From contig JBJXHH010000131.1 of the NCBI GenBank assembly GCA_046160675.1, positions 6,198 through 70,197 on the forward strand: DNA of 64,000 nucleotides. The letters run 5' to 3'. Below, one piece after another: positions 1 to 9,544 of the stretch. The first letter of the stretch is position 1; every line of letters starts with the position of its first letter. A program made the position numbers and the translations under genes. The DNA comes from Chitinophagales bacterium (lineage in GTDB: Bacteria > Bacteroidota > Bacteroidia > Chitinophagales > BACL12). The notes beneath the pieces were generated by a model, which was not told where the DNA came from, made no database searches, and was given only the letters and a program-made list of their open reading frames with translations.

Positions 1-208
1 TGAAACGAACAAATACATTGTAAGAGTACATGCATTACGCAATGCTGGAACTCTTTCTCCGTTTGAATATGTGAAAGGCGACGTTTTGCAAATTATCATA
101 GGGAGGCGCAAAATGGATATGCTAAAAGAAAACTATCAAAACATGTACTCGGAAGGATTAAAACAAGACAACGCAGAAATATTCAAAAAAGAAAAAACAT
201 CGAAATGA
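1..208 (+). CDS. 3' end of an upstream gene (last 68 codons). Function not assignable, possibly a SurA/PpiD-type chaperone.
   Basis: Frame 2 is open from the window edge to TGA at 206-208 (...NAEIFKKEKTSK*). The stop overlaps the next start in an ATGA junction at 205-208. Confidence 0.5.
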   Translation, partial: ETNKYIVRVHALRNAGTLSPFEYVKGDVLQIIIGRRKMDMLKENYQNMYSEGLKQDNAEIFKKEKTSK

Positions 209-1563
209 AACAAAAATTTCTCATTATACTTTTCACAAGCTTGCAAAGTTTGTTGTTTGCCCAACCCGTGGTGATAGATAAAATTGTAGGGCAGGTAGAT
301 GAAAACATCATTTTGAAGAGTGATATTGAAACAGTATTTCTGCAAGACAAGCAGCAAAATAATGGTGTTTTACCGGCAGACTACAGGTGTTCACTGCTGC
401 AACAATTTATAGCACAAAAATTACTCATCGTACAAGCAGCAAAGGACAGTATTATTGTTACAGACGACCAGGTTGAATATGAACTTGACCGACGCATCCG
501 ATACTTTGTTTCCCTTTTTGGTAGTACAGAACGTATGGAAGAATACTACGGGAAAACAGTACTAGAAATGAAAGAAGAATTCAGGGGCGACATACGCAGC
601 CAGTTACTTGCACAAACCATGCAGGAGACATTATTCGGTGAGGTTTCCATTTCACCCTCAGAAGTGAAAGAATTTTTTTCTAAGATACCAAAAGATTCTT
701 TGCCGTACTATAATGCTGAGGTAGAAGTCGCTCAAATCGTAATTATACCTGAGCCTACTGCTGAGCAAAAAGCTTATGCAAAAGAGAAGACCGAAGACCT
801 GCGCAAAAGAGTGATAAACGGTGAAAATTTTGAGAGTATTGCAGAAATATATACAGACGACAGGGATGAGGAAGGCAACGCCAGAATTGAGTTAGGATGC
901 GTTGGTCGGGGGCAGTTTGTTCCTGAATTTGAAGCGGCAGCTTTCAAATTAGCACCCGGCGAAATCAGCGAAGTTGTGCAAACGCAGTTCGGTTACCACC
1001 TCATAAAACTCATAAGCCGGCAGGGCAATACAATTTGTTTAAAACACATGCTCATAATGCCGAAAACGACTGCTACCAACATGAACATTGCAACAAAAAA
1101 ACTGGATAGTATCCGTTCGGAAATTACTGCTGGAAAAATCAATTTTTATAATGCCGCTTCAAAATATTCTATGGATGAATATTCAAAACTTACAGGCGGA
1201 AACATTGAAAACCCCAACACAGGAGAGGCATATTTTGAAATTAATCAACTGGAACCCGAAATGTATTACCTCATTGAAAAAATGTCGCCGGGTGAAATAA
1301 GTAAAGTAACTCAGTACACAACACAAGACGGTAAAAAAGCTGTGCGTATTGTGTTGCTCAAATCACAGAGTCAGCCTCACATAGCAAGTATTGAAACAGA
1401 TTACAACAGAATGCAACAGGCTGCTTTACAGGAAAAAAAGTTCAGGTTGATGGATGAATGGCTCAGGGAGAAAGTAAAATCTGTATACTTGAAAATTGAC
1501 CCGGTATATTCTGATTGCGAAAACCTGAATGAGCTTGTAAATATTGCAAACAATGCAAAATAA
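205..1563 (+). CDS. SurA-like periplasmic chaperone / parvulin-type peptidyl-prolyl isomerase
   Basis: 452-aa ORF with a signal peptide (LFTSLQSLLFAQP) and a SurA-N-like region. Parvulin signature FEAAAFKLAPGEISEVVQTQFGYHLIKL. Confidence 0.85.
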   Translation: MKQKFLIILFTSLQSLLFAQPVVIDKIVGQVDENIILKSDIETVFLQDKQQNNGVLPADYRCSLLQQFIAQKLLIVQAAKDSIIVTDDQVEYELDRRIRYFVSLFGSTERMEEYYGKTVLEMKEEFRGDIRSQLLAQTMQETLFGEVSISPSEVKEFFSKIPKDSLPYYNAEVEVAQIVIIPEPTAEQKAYAKEKTEDLRKRVINGENFESIAEIYTDDRDEEGNARIELGCVGRGQFVPEFEAAAFKLAPGEISEVVQTQFGYHLIKLISRQGNTICLKHMLIMPKTTATNMNIATKKLDSIRSEITAGKINFYNAASKYSMDEYSKLTGGNIENPNTGEAYFEINQLEPEMYYLIEKMSPGEISKVTQYTTQDGKKAVRIVLLKSQSQPHIASIETDYNRMQQAALQEKKFRLMDEWLREKVKSVYLKIDPVYSDCENLNELVNIANNAK

Positions 1564-1637
1564 TGTTATAAGCTGTTAAACATCACCTCACAAAAAAATA
1601 TTCTCTTTACTTTTTCAGTTCAATTGAAAGCCATCTT

Positions 1638-2603
1638 ATGAAAGAATTTAAAAATGACGTAGAAGCTATTGATAATCTTGCAATGGATTTTAAAAGATTA
1701 AAAGCGGAAATCGGAAAAGTGATTGTAGGGCAAGATGAAGTTGTGAGCCAGGTGTTGCTTACCGTTTTCAGTGACGGGCACAGTTTGCTTGTTGGTGTTC
1801 CCGGCTTAGCAAAAACCTTGCTCATAAAAACCATAGCCGATGTTCTTGAGTTGAGTTTTAAAAGAATACAATTCACTCCTGACCTGATGCCAAGTGATAT
1901 TACAGGTAGCGAAATATTAGATGAAAACAGGAGTTTCAGGTTTTTGAAAGGCCCTGTATTTGCAAACATTATTCTTGCTGATGAAATAAACAGAACACCA
2001 CCAAAAACACAAGCTGCTTTGCTTGAAGCCATGCAGGAAAAAAATGTAACTATTGGGGGGACGCTGCATAAACTGGATTTGCCATTCTTTGTTCTCGCTA
2101 CACAAAACCCCATTGAGCAGGAAGGAACCTATCCGCTCCCTGAAGCGCAACTCGACAGGTTCATGTTTAACATAATTCTTGATTATCCGAGCTTTGATGA
2201 AGAGATAAACGTTGTAAAAACAACAACAATTGATACAAAACCCGAACTGCATAAAATTATCGGTGCAGAAGAAATTATTTATTACCAGCATTTAATAAGA
2301 AGAATACCAATCACAGATAATGTACTGGAATACGCAGTTTCTCTTGCATCAAAAACCCGCCCCCAAACCGCAAAAGCAGATGCAAAAGCAAATGAATACT
2401 TAAGCTGGGGCGCAGGCCCAAGGGCAAGCCAGTACCTTGTTCTCGGTGCAAAATGTAATGCGGCCATTAATGGGAAATATGCTCCCGATATTGAAGATGT
2501 GAAAGCTGTAGCAATGCCGGTTCTCCGCCATCGTATTGTTCGAAATTATAAGGCAGAAGCCGATGGTGTGAGCGTTGATGAAATTGTAAAAGGGTTCTTG
2601 TAG
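1638..2603 (+). CDS. MoxR-family AAA+ ATPase
   Basis: 321 aa with Walker A GVPGLAKT and Walker B ILADEINR. The TLHKLDLPFFVLATQNP and LPEAQLDRF segments are typical of MoxR/AAA_3. Confidence 0.9.
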   Translation: MKEFKNDVEAIDNLAMDFKRLKAEIGKVIVGQDEVVSQVLLTVFSDGHSLLVGVPGLAKTLLIKTIADVLELSFKRIQFTPDLMPSDITGSEILDENRSFRFLKGPVFANIILADEINRTPPKTQAALLEAMQEKNVTIGGTLHKLDLPFFVLATQNPIEQEGTYPLPEAQLDRFMFNIILDYPSFDEEINVVKTTTIDTKPELHKIIGAEEIIYYQHLIRRIPITDNVLEYAVSLASKTRPQTAKADAKANEYLSWGAGPRASQYLVLGAKCNAAINGKYAPDIEDVKAVAMPVLRHRIVRNYKAEADGVSVDEIVKGFL

Positions 2604-2730
2604 GGCTTTGTTTGCCTTGCATTTTATTTACATTTCTTAATTTATTTTTTCAAAAATTACTTTTACCTTCGGCTTACAGGGACGCCGAAAACTGTATAGA
2701 GTAGGCACAACAACCTAAAACTACACGAGT

Positions 2731-3108
2731 ATGTCATCAATTATTTGGATTATTTACATTGCGGTAATTGTAATAGTAATTGCCGGAATGTGGAAAGCTT
2801 TTGAAAAAGCAGGTAAACCGGGTTGGGCTGTCATTATCCCGATCTATAATATCATTGTAATGCTTCAAATTGCCAAACGCCCACTGTGGTGGATCTTTTT
2901 ACTCATTATTCCTTTGGTCAATATTATTATCCTTTTCATTATGTCTATCGACATTGCTAAAAATTTTGGAAAAGAGGCAGGCTTTGGAGTTGGGCTTGCA
3001 TTGCTTGGATTTATTTTCTGGCCCATCCTTGGTTTTGGTGACGCCCAATATATAAACAATACCTCAAATGTTGGCGACCCGAATATTCTTGATTCAAACC
3101 TGAAATAA
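2731..3108 (+). CDS. Small integral membrane protein (DUF5684-like)
   Basis: 125 aa with 3-4 hydrophobic helices. The motif KAGKPGWAVIIPIYNIIVMLQIAKRPLWW resembles the DUF5684 family as I recall it. Confidence 0.6.
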   Translation: MSSIIWIIYIAVIVIVIAGMWKAFEKAGKPGWAVIIPIYNIIVMLQIAKRPLWWIFLLIIPLVNIIILFIMSIDIAKNFGKEAGFGVGLALLGFIFWPILGFGDAQYINNTSNVGDPNILDSNLK

Positions 3109-3131
3109 GCATTTTTTCAAAATATCATTCT

Positions 3132-3164
3132 AAGCCCGGAGTCATTTCGGGCTTTCTTCTTTTC
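3132..3164 (+). terminator. Rho-independent terminator
   Basis: Stem aagcccg (3132-3138) pairs with cgggctt (3148-3154), followed by the T-rich tract tttcttctttt. Confidence 0.7.
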
Positions 3165-3186
3165 CCGCTAACTTTACATCTCCATT

Positions 3187-5088
3187 GTGAGCGATTCTCT
3201 TACACATGAATGCGGTGTAGCCCTTATCAGGCTGTTAAAACCGCTTGAATACTACAAGGAAAAGTACGGCACTGCACAATACGGTCTCAATAAACTCTAT
3301 CTCCTTCTTGAAAAACAACATAACAGGGGACAGGATGGTGCAGGCATCGCAACTGTAAAACTCAACCTTGAGGCAGGTTATAAATACATTGATGTGCAAA
3401 GAAGCCCTAACCCGAATGCCATCAAGGAAGTGTTTGATGAGGTTTTTAATCACATTAAAAAAAAGAAAAGAGATAATCCTTCAAAATCAGAAGATGCAAA
3501 TTGGATCAAGCAAAATGTAAAGTTTACCGGCGAAGTAATGATAGGACACCTTCGTTATGGTACACATGGAAAAAATTCTGTGTTCAGCGTTCATCCTTTC
3601 CTCAGGGAGAATAATTGGATGACAAGAAACATAGCCCTTGCGGGAAACTTTAATATGGTGAACAACAGCGACCTCTTCAAGCAGTTGATAGCCCTGGGTC
3701 AGCACCCGAAAGAAAAGACCGACACTGTTACTGTGATGGAAAAGATCGGGCATTTTTTAGACACTGAGGTTCAGAATTTATTTGATCAGTACCATGATTA
3801 TCATGATAATAAGACAGTAAGTGATCTCATTGCTAATGATCTGGATGTAGCAAAAGTTCTGAGCCGTTCAGCGAAAGATTTTGAAGGGGGATATTCAATT
3901 GTTGGTGTGTTGGGACATGGGGATGCATTTGTTATGCGAGACCCCAACGGGATCCGTCCTGCATATTATTATGTAGATGAAGAGGTTTGTGTTGCCGCAA
4001 GCGAACGACCCGCAATCATGACGGTATTTGATGTGCCGTTTGAAAATATGCAAGAACTAAAACCCGGACATGCACTTATTATAAAAAGAAACGGAAAAGT
4101 AAAAGAAGAATATATTCAGAAGCCTGGTGAAAGAAAGGCTTGCAGTTTTGAACGTATTTATTTCTCAAGGGGAAATGATAAAGAGATTTATGAAGAACGT
4201 AAACAACTTGGGACCTTGCTTACACCCCAAGTGTTGGAAGCAATTAATTATGATCTTGATAACACAATATTTTCTTTCATTCCGAACACAGCCGAAATAG
4301 CATTTTACGGTTTGATAAAAGGGGTTGAAAAATATCTGAGCATAGAAAAAACAAGGATCGCTAAAGAAGCCAACGGCAAACTTTCTGAATTTGATCTGCA
4401 AAAATTATTTGATAAAAGACCAAGGGTAGAAAAACTTGCGCTGAAAGATGTGAAGATGCGAACCTTTATTACTAATGACAATGACCGCAGCGACATGGTT
4501 AGTCATGTGTATGATGTAACTTACGGGCAGGTAAGAAAAGATAATGATACGATCGTACTTCTGGATGATTCTATTGTAAGGGGAACGACATTAAAGCAAA
4601 GCATAATCGCCATCTTAGATCGTCTGCATCCGAAAAAGATTATTATTGTTTCATCTGCTCCGCAAATCCGTTACCCGGATTGTTATGGAATTGACATGAG
4701 TAAAATGGGTGATTTTGTTGCTTTCAGAGCTGCGATAGAACTAACAAAAGAAAAAGGAAACGAAAAACTGTTACATGAAGTCTATGACTTGTGTAGGCAA
4801 CAGGAGTTTAACATCAGTGGTACAGTCCCCAATTTCGTGAAGAAAATATACGAACAATTTTCAGATGATGATATTTCAAAAAAGGTAAGTGAAATAGTTA
4901 CAACTAAGCAAATCCGGGCGGAAGTTGAGATCATTTATCAGTCAGTTGAAAACCTACACATGGCTTGCCCTAAAAACCTCGGCGACTGGTACTTTACCGG
5001 AAACTACCCTACACCAAACGGCAGCAAAGTGGCTAATAAAGCTTTTATGAATTTCATGGATGGGAAGGATGAAAGGGCTTATGAATAA
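3187..5088 (+). CDS. purF: Amidophosphoribosyltransferase (long Bacteroidota-type PurF)
   Basis: 633 aa with a GTG start. A short propeptide precedes the Ntn nucleophile Cys (THE-CGVAL), followed by a class-II glutamine amidotransferase region. C-terminal PRTase motif IVLLDDSIVRGTT. Confidence 0.8.
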   Translation: MSDSLTHECGVALIRLLKPLEYYKEKYGTAQYGLNKLYLLLEKQHNRGQDGAGIATVKLNLEAGYKYIDVQRSPNPNAIKEVFDEVFNHIKKKKRDNPSKSEDANWIKQNVKFTGEVMIGHLRYGTHGKNSVFSVHPFLRENNWMTRNIALAGNFNMVNNSDLFKQLIALGQHPKEKTDTVTVMEKIGHFLDTEVQNLFDQYHDYHDNKTVSDLIANDLDVAKVLSRSAKDFEGGYSIVGVLGHGDAFVMRDPNGIRPAYYYVDEEVCVAASERPAIMTVFDVPFENMQELKPGHALIIKRNGKVKEEYIQKPGERKACSFERIYFSRGNDKEIYEERKQLGTLLTPQVLEAINYDLDNTIFSFIPNTAEIAFYGLIKGVEKYLSIEKTRIAKEANGKLSEFDLQKLFDKRPRVEKLALKDVKMRTFITNDNDRSDMVSHVYDVTYGQVRKDNDTIVLLDDSIVRGTTLKQSIIAILDRLHPKKIIIVSSAPQIRYPDCYGIDMSKMGDFVAFRAAIELTKEKGNEKLLHEVYDLCRQQEFNISGTVPNFVKKIYEQFSDDDISKKVSEIVTTKQIRAEVEIIYQSVENLHMACPKNLGDWYFTGNYPTPNGSKVANKAFMNFMDGKDERAYE

Positions 5089-5093
5089 AGGCT

Positions 5094-6521
5094 TTAACCC
5101 TCCAGCATATTAAACATTTTCATTTTTAAGTACAACGTCTTCCTGTCAATATTTAAAATTTGAGCAGCTTTAGTCCTGTTGTATCTTACTTTTTGCAATA
5201 CTTCTACAATGCGCATATACTCGGCATGGTGGGCTGCGCTTTTCAGGTCACTTGCTTTTTCATTAGGGAGGTCATAAAGAGTATTTGTCTGCCCGCCTGA
5301 AAATTCAATGTCAAATTTGCTGTGATACACAATTTCCGAAGGGAGATCATATAATTGAATAGTATCACCACTGCATAACAGCACAGCTCTTTTTATCACA
5401 TTTCCCATTTCCCGCAAATTGCCGGGCCAGCTGTAGGTTTGAAATTTCTCAAGCACCTCGGGTGAAAAGCGTAATACATTTTTATCAAATTCAGCATTTG
5501 ACTGGCTGAGGAAAAAATTTGCAAAAAGTAAAATGTCTTTATCCCTGTCCCGCAGAGCAGGAACCTCAATACTAAATTCATTAAACCGGTGATACAGATC
5601 ATCCCTGAATTTTCCCCGTGCAACAGATTCTGTTAATCTTTCATTAGACGCAATAATAATCCTCACATCAATATCAATTTCTTTATTACTTCCTATTCTC
5701 CGTAATCTTCTTTCCTGCACAACCCGCAGTAATAATACCTGCACATCATAAGACAAATTTGTAATTTCATCTAAAAACAAAGTACCACCCTGTGCGTATT
5801 CAAATTGACCGGTTTTTTCTGTGATGGCTCCTGTAAAAGATCCTTTAATGTGCCCGAATAATTCGCTTGCTGCCAATTCTTTTGACAGGGCACCACAATC
5901 AACTGCAACAAAAGGTTTTTCCGAGCGATTGCTTTTTTCATGTATCCGCCTTGCTAATGATTCTTTTCCTGTTCCGCTCTCGCCATAAATAATTACACTG
6001 CATTGTGTAGGAGCAACAAGATCAATTTGCCTGTATAATTCTTTTGATATAGAGCTTACTCCGTCAATATATTTTTTGTCGGGCTTTAAAAATCTTTTTC
6101 CATTCTTGCTGCCATTTTTAAATGTACTATCCTGCCCTGTTCCATTTGACCCTATTTGGTTTCCTCCCAATGCTTTTTTAATGATCATTAAAAGTTCATC
6201 GGGCAGCAATGGTTTGGTGATATAATCAAACGCTCCCAGTTTCATTACTTCAACAGCTATTTTAATATCTGAATATCCCGTTATGATGATCACCTGTGTT
6301 TCGGGCCGCAGTGTTTTAATTTTTTGAATTACATCCCTGCCGTCGCCATCACCTAATCTGAAATCACAAAACACAACATCATAATCATTTTTTCCTGCAA
6401 GCTCAACCCCGGTTTTTGCAGAATTAGATGTTTCTGTAACATATCCGTTCTTGGTGAGAAACCTGGAAAGTAAATTACAGATGGCAACGTCATCATCAAT
6501 TATAAGAATTCTGTTGCTCAT
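5094..6521 (-). CDS. Sigma-54-dependent response regulator (NtrC family)
   Basis: 475 aa with an N-terminal receiver domain (ILIIDDD...DFRLGDGDG). AAA+ sigma-54 interaction domain with GESGTGKE and the GAFTGA-type loop GSFTGA. C-terminal Fis-type HTH (RTKAAQILNIDRKTLYLKM). Confidence 0.9.
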   Translation of the reverse strand: MSNRILIIDDDVAICNLLSRFLTKNGYVTETSNSAKTGVELAGKNDYDVVFCDFRLGDGDGRDVIQKIKTLRPETQVIIITGYSDIKIAVEVMKLGAFDYITKPLLPDELLMIIKKALGGNQIGSNGTGQDSTFKNGSKNGKRFLKPDKKYIDGVSSISKELYRQIDLVAPTQCSVIIYGESGTGKESLARRIHEKSNRSEKPFVAVDCGALSKELAASELFGHIKGSFTGAITEKTGQFEYAQGGTLFLDEITNLSYDVQVLLLRVVQERRLRRIGSNKEIDIDVRIIIASNERLTESVARGKFRDDLYHRFNEFSIEVPALRDRDKDILLFANFFLSQSNAEFDKNVLRFSPEVLEKFQTYSWPGNLREMGNVIKRAVLLCSGDTIQLYDLPSEIVYHSKFDIEFSGGQTNTLYDLPNEKASDLKSAAHHAEYMRIVEVLQKVRYNRTKAAQILNIDRKTLYLKMKMFNMLEG

Positions 6522-6549
6522 AGTTCGTTGCTGAGTTTTAATGTATGTT

Positions 6550-6924
6550 TTAGTTTATTTCTTTCTGGTAATATTTTTGCAAAATCAGATTTAACTCCTG
6601 TATGTTGAATGGCTTTGACATAAACTCATCTGCGCCCTCCCGTTTTGCTTTATTTTTATTGAGTTGGGTATCAATTGCACTGATCATAATAATTTTTAAG
6701 CCGGCATTTATGTCCTTAAAATTACGAATGTTTTCTAAACCGTTTCCATCGGGCAGATTAATATCTAAGAATAAAATGTCCGGTTCGAAATCATGAACCA
6801 ACTTTCTGCCCGACTCTAGATCAAGAGAATATTTGGCTTCATAACCCTTTTTTGATGCAAGCATAGTTAACAGCATACCGATTTCTTGTTCATCGTCAAT
6901 TACTAAGACCTTCTGTTTCTTCAA
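6550..6924 (-). CDS. Stand-alone response-regulator receiver protein
   Basis: 124 aa consisting of a receiver domain only (VLVIDDE...LFLDINLPDGNG...SKPF). It lies 28 nt upstream of the NtrC-like gene on the same strand. Confidence 0.85.
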   Translation of the reverse strand: MKKQKVLVIDDEQEIGMLLTMLASKKGYEAKYSLDLESGRKLVHDFEPDILFLDINLPDGNGLENIRNFKDINAGLKIIMISAIDTQLNKNKAKREGADEFMSKPFNIQELNLILQKYYQKEIN

Positions 6925-6977
6925 AATGGATAAAATTTATCAATCACAAATTTAACTTATGCACCCGAAATCGGCCA

Positions 6978-7133
6978 CTACACAGGGTTATTTCCCCTTA
7001 TAAGCCGCAACAAGATAGCTATTACAGCAAGCACTAATAATATATGAATTAAAGAGCCGGCACTGTAAACAAAAAATCCTAATACCCATCCAATGATCAA
7101 TATTATTGCTATAATATAAAGTAAACCACTCAT
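6978..7133 (-). CDS. 51-aa two-helix membrane protein (lmo0937-family-like), absent from the ORF track
   Basis: My translation from ATG at 7133 to TAG at 6980-6978 gives MSGLLYIIAIILIIGWVLGFFVYSAGSLIHILLVLAVIAILLRLIRGNNPV. This matches the conserved small-protein pattern ...LLY.IA.IL.I.W..GFF......LIHILLV.A.I..LL..I.G as I recall it. The listed 65-aa ORF 6988-7185 is in a different frame. Confidence 0.65.
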   Translation of the reverse strand: MSGLLYIIAIILIIGWVLGFFVYSAGSLIHILLVLAVIAILLRLIRGNNPV

Positions 7134-7319
7134 AAAAATTTATTTTAATATGTGCTAATGATATAAAAATTGTACCCATACGCATCCATTCAGCTTATTA
7201 ATCCTGATTCCTTTAATTTTAGGGCTTTTACAGATTGGCCTGGAATAAGAGAAAAATAAATTCAAAAGATTCTGGGGAAAAAAAACCCCAACATGATACG
7301 ATTTAACAATATTTAGAAT

Positions 7320-9044
7320 ATGCGATTATTTACAATCAGCAAGGTAGGCCAGATTACTTCTAGCATTATGATAGCGATTGTAATCATCATTGCTATTTCT
7401 GCCGTAAGCGTTTATTATAATAGGAATTTTGAGGAAAATTCCGAACTCGTTCAGCATACGTATGAGGTGATGATAGAACTTGAAGTGTTTATGCAGGAAT
7501 TAATAAATGCTGAATCACATGCACGGGCTTATTGGCTTACATCATCTGACCAGTTTATTGATAAATTTGAAACTTCCCTGAATAAAGCGAAATCATCTTT
7601 TGAGGAAGCCCAACTGCTCACGGGTAATAATCAGGCACAACAAAAAAACCTTTTAGAATTGCAAAGGTTAAGTATAAACAGGATAGAAGTGCTTGAAAAA
7701 AATATAACCCTGTTTGATACCATGCAGGATTATGAGTTAAAAATATTTGCTATCAATGCAGGGGTGCGCAGCGGAAGTGTTTACATGGACAGCATCCGGC
7801 AGAGTATTAATGTACTTAAAAATGAAGAAAGTATTTTGCTTGAACAGAGGCTTGTCAATTTTTATGCAGCTTCAAAAAGTTCTATTATATTCATTATTAT
7901 TTCCGCTATTCTTGCACTCATCATTATTATGCTTGCATATTTTACTTTGCGCAGGGAATATTTTGATAAAGTGGACAGCGAAGAAAAATTTAAAACTATT
8001 TTTAATGAATCAGAAGATTTTATTTTTATTACAAACGATAAATTAAGATTTAAAGATGTGAATGCCTTGGGGGTCAGGCTGCTTGGTTATTCGAGGGAAG
8101 AATTGCTTAAGAAAAAACTTACTGACCTGTTTGCCAATGAAAGATCTGTACAAGCAGTTGAAACTGCCACACAGTTTGATCAAGGTATAAATGACTATGA
8201 AGTGAGTATTCTTACAAAGTCGAATAAAGAAATTCCGATGCTGCTTAATCTCTCAGCTAAGAAAGCAGGTAAAAACAGTAAACAGGGGAGTTTGCTTGAT
8301 CTTACTGAGCGCATTGCTGATGAAAAATCAAAACAAAACATGCTATTGTTTTCCTCTACAGGCCGTATTGCCCGCATCATAGGCCATGAAGTACGCAATC
8401 CGCTTACAAACATAAACCTTTCGCTTGCACAAATGAAAGCAGATGGTGATGTAAGTGTGCAAGACAGGGAAATGTATTTTGACATTATTGAAAGGAACAG
8501 CGACAGGATAACACAACTTGTTACACAATTACTTGATTCAACAAAATTCACTGAATTAGTAAGACAACCTGTAGCTGTTGTAAAGTTATTGGATGATACC
8601 ATATTGATGGCGAATGACAGGATACATCTTAAAAAAATAAAACTCATCAAAGAATATAACCGGGTGGGAGATTGTACAATTGTTGTTGACGGCGAGAAAA
8701 TTAAAATTGCATTATTAAACATCATTATTAATGCAATTGAAGCGATGGAAACTGAAAAAGGTGTTTTACATATTGATAGTGAAACGGATAATAAAGAGTG
8801 TAAAATTATAATTTCAGATAACGGAGCCGGTATCCCGGAAAAAAACCTGAAAAAATTATTTCAGCCGTTCTTTACAAGTAAACCAAAAGGAACAGGGCTG
8901 GGCCTTACTTCAGCACACAACATTATCCTGCATCATAAAGGAAACATTAAAGTTGAAAGCGCAGTACATAAAGGCACAAAGTTTATCATCAGCCTGCCCT
9001 TGGTACCTGGCGACCTGGAAGATTCAGACATTGAAATTGAATAA
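7320..9044 (+). CDS. Sensor histidine kinase (CHASE3-like sensor, PAS, HisKA, HATPase)
   Basis: 574 aa with two TM segments flanking a ~170-aa helical sensor region. PAS-like segment (FKTIFNESEDFIFITN...), H-box IGHEVRNPL, and N/G boxes NAIEAM, DNGAGIP, GTGLGL. Confidence 0.85.
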   Translation: MRLFTISKVGQITSSIMIAIVIIIAISAVSVYYNRNFEENSELVQHTYEVMIELEVFMQELINAESHARAYWLTSSDQFIDKFETSLNKAKSSFEEAQLLTGNNQAQQKNLLELQRLSINRIEVLEKNITLFDTMQDYELKIFAINAGVRSGSVYMDSIRQSINVLKNEESILLEQRLVNFYAASKSSIIFIIISAILALIIIMLAYFTLRREYFDKVDSEEKFKTIFNESEDFIFITNDKLRFKDVNALGVRLLGYSREELLKKKLTDLFANERSVQAVETATQFDQGINDYEVSILTKSNKEIPMLLNLSAKKAGKNSKQGSLLDLTERIADEKSKQNMLLFSSTGRIARIIGHEVRNPLTNINLSLAQMKADGDVSVQDREMYFDIIERNSDRITQLVTQLLDSTKFTELVRQPVAVVKLLDDTILMANDRIHLKKIKLIKEYNRVGDCTIVVDGEKIKIALLNIIINAIEAMETEKGVLHIDSETDNKECKIIISDNGAGIPEKNLKKLFQPFFTSKPKGTGLGLTSAHNIILHHKGNIKVESAVHKGTKFIISLPLVPGDLEDSDIEIE

Positions 9045-9095
9045 TTTAACCTATTGTGTGAAATACCGTTTAATCATCTCTGAGTTGAATTTTGT

Positions 9096-9177
9096 CAGTA
9101 AGTCCGCAGGACTGAAATATCTGTAAAAAGAAAATTACAGGTAAACGTAGCCCGCAGGAACGAAATATATCTTAAAC
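9096..9177. repeat. Two copies of an imperfect ~20-nt direct repeat (period ~47 nt) between convergent genes
   Basis: tCCGCAGGAcTGAAATATCT (9103-9122) versus cCCGCAGGAaCGAAATATaT (9150-9169). The first copy contains the hairpin gtcc-gca-ggac. Confidence 0.5.
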
Positions 9178-9248
9178 TCGTCTTTTTTAAGTATTCTGTT
9201 CCACCCCTCCCGGGATATTATAATTCAATTTCACACAAACGGGTTAAT

Positions 9249-9503
9249 TTATTGACAATTTAGTTTAAAGCCGGATGTCAGGTTACTAAATTTTTTTCTT
9301 ACTGACTTCTGCACTGTATCTACGTTATGAGAAGCAATTCTGAATTCTTCGGCAATGAAATAATAAGCCGCCCGCCTTTTTTCCGCAATGTATTTTTCCA
9401 GAGCTTTATCTTCTAATTTTACAAGCCTCACAGCTAAGTAAATGAGCCCGAATAATATCAGCACGAGCACAAAAATTATCAATATCATAGTTTCTCTTGT
9501 CAT
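9249..9503 (-). CDS. Hypothetical single-pass membrane protein
   Basis: 84-aa ORF with one N-terminal TM helix (ILIIFVLVLILFGLIYLAV). No recognisable family. Confidence 0.45.
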   Translation of the reverse strand: MTRETMILIIFVLVLILFGLIYLAVRLVKLEDKALEKYIAEKRRAAYYFIAEEFRIASHNVDTVQKSVRKKFSNLTSGFKLNCQ

Positions 9504-9544
9504 AATTCATTTTTTTTGTTTTAGCTACCGCCTTTATTGGCCTT

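Noticed and set aside
1607-2113. 168-aa minus-strand ORF inside the MoxR gene. Similar antisense ORFs: 8195-8725 (176 aa), 19192-20055, 31470-31949, 40560-40985, 42580-42930 and 60640-61143.
   Set aside because: All lie fully inside well-supported genes on the opposite strand and have low-complexity or Cys/Ser/Phe-rich products. They are shadow ORFs.
6960-6977. Possible sigma-54 promoter (minus strand TGGCCGATTTCGGGTGCA) upstream of the receiver/NtrC-like genes
   Set aside because: The GG-to-GC spacing is 2 nt longer than the strict -24/-12 consensus (TGGCAC-N5-TTGC), so I do not accept it as a sigma-54 promoter.
6988-7185. 65-aa minus-strand ORF from the track
   Set aside because: Its composition is implausible. 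A different frame over the same DNA encodes a recognisable 51-aa membrane protein (6978-7133).
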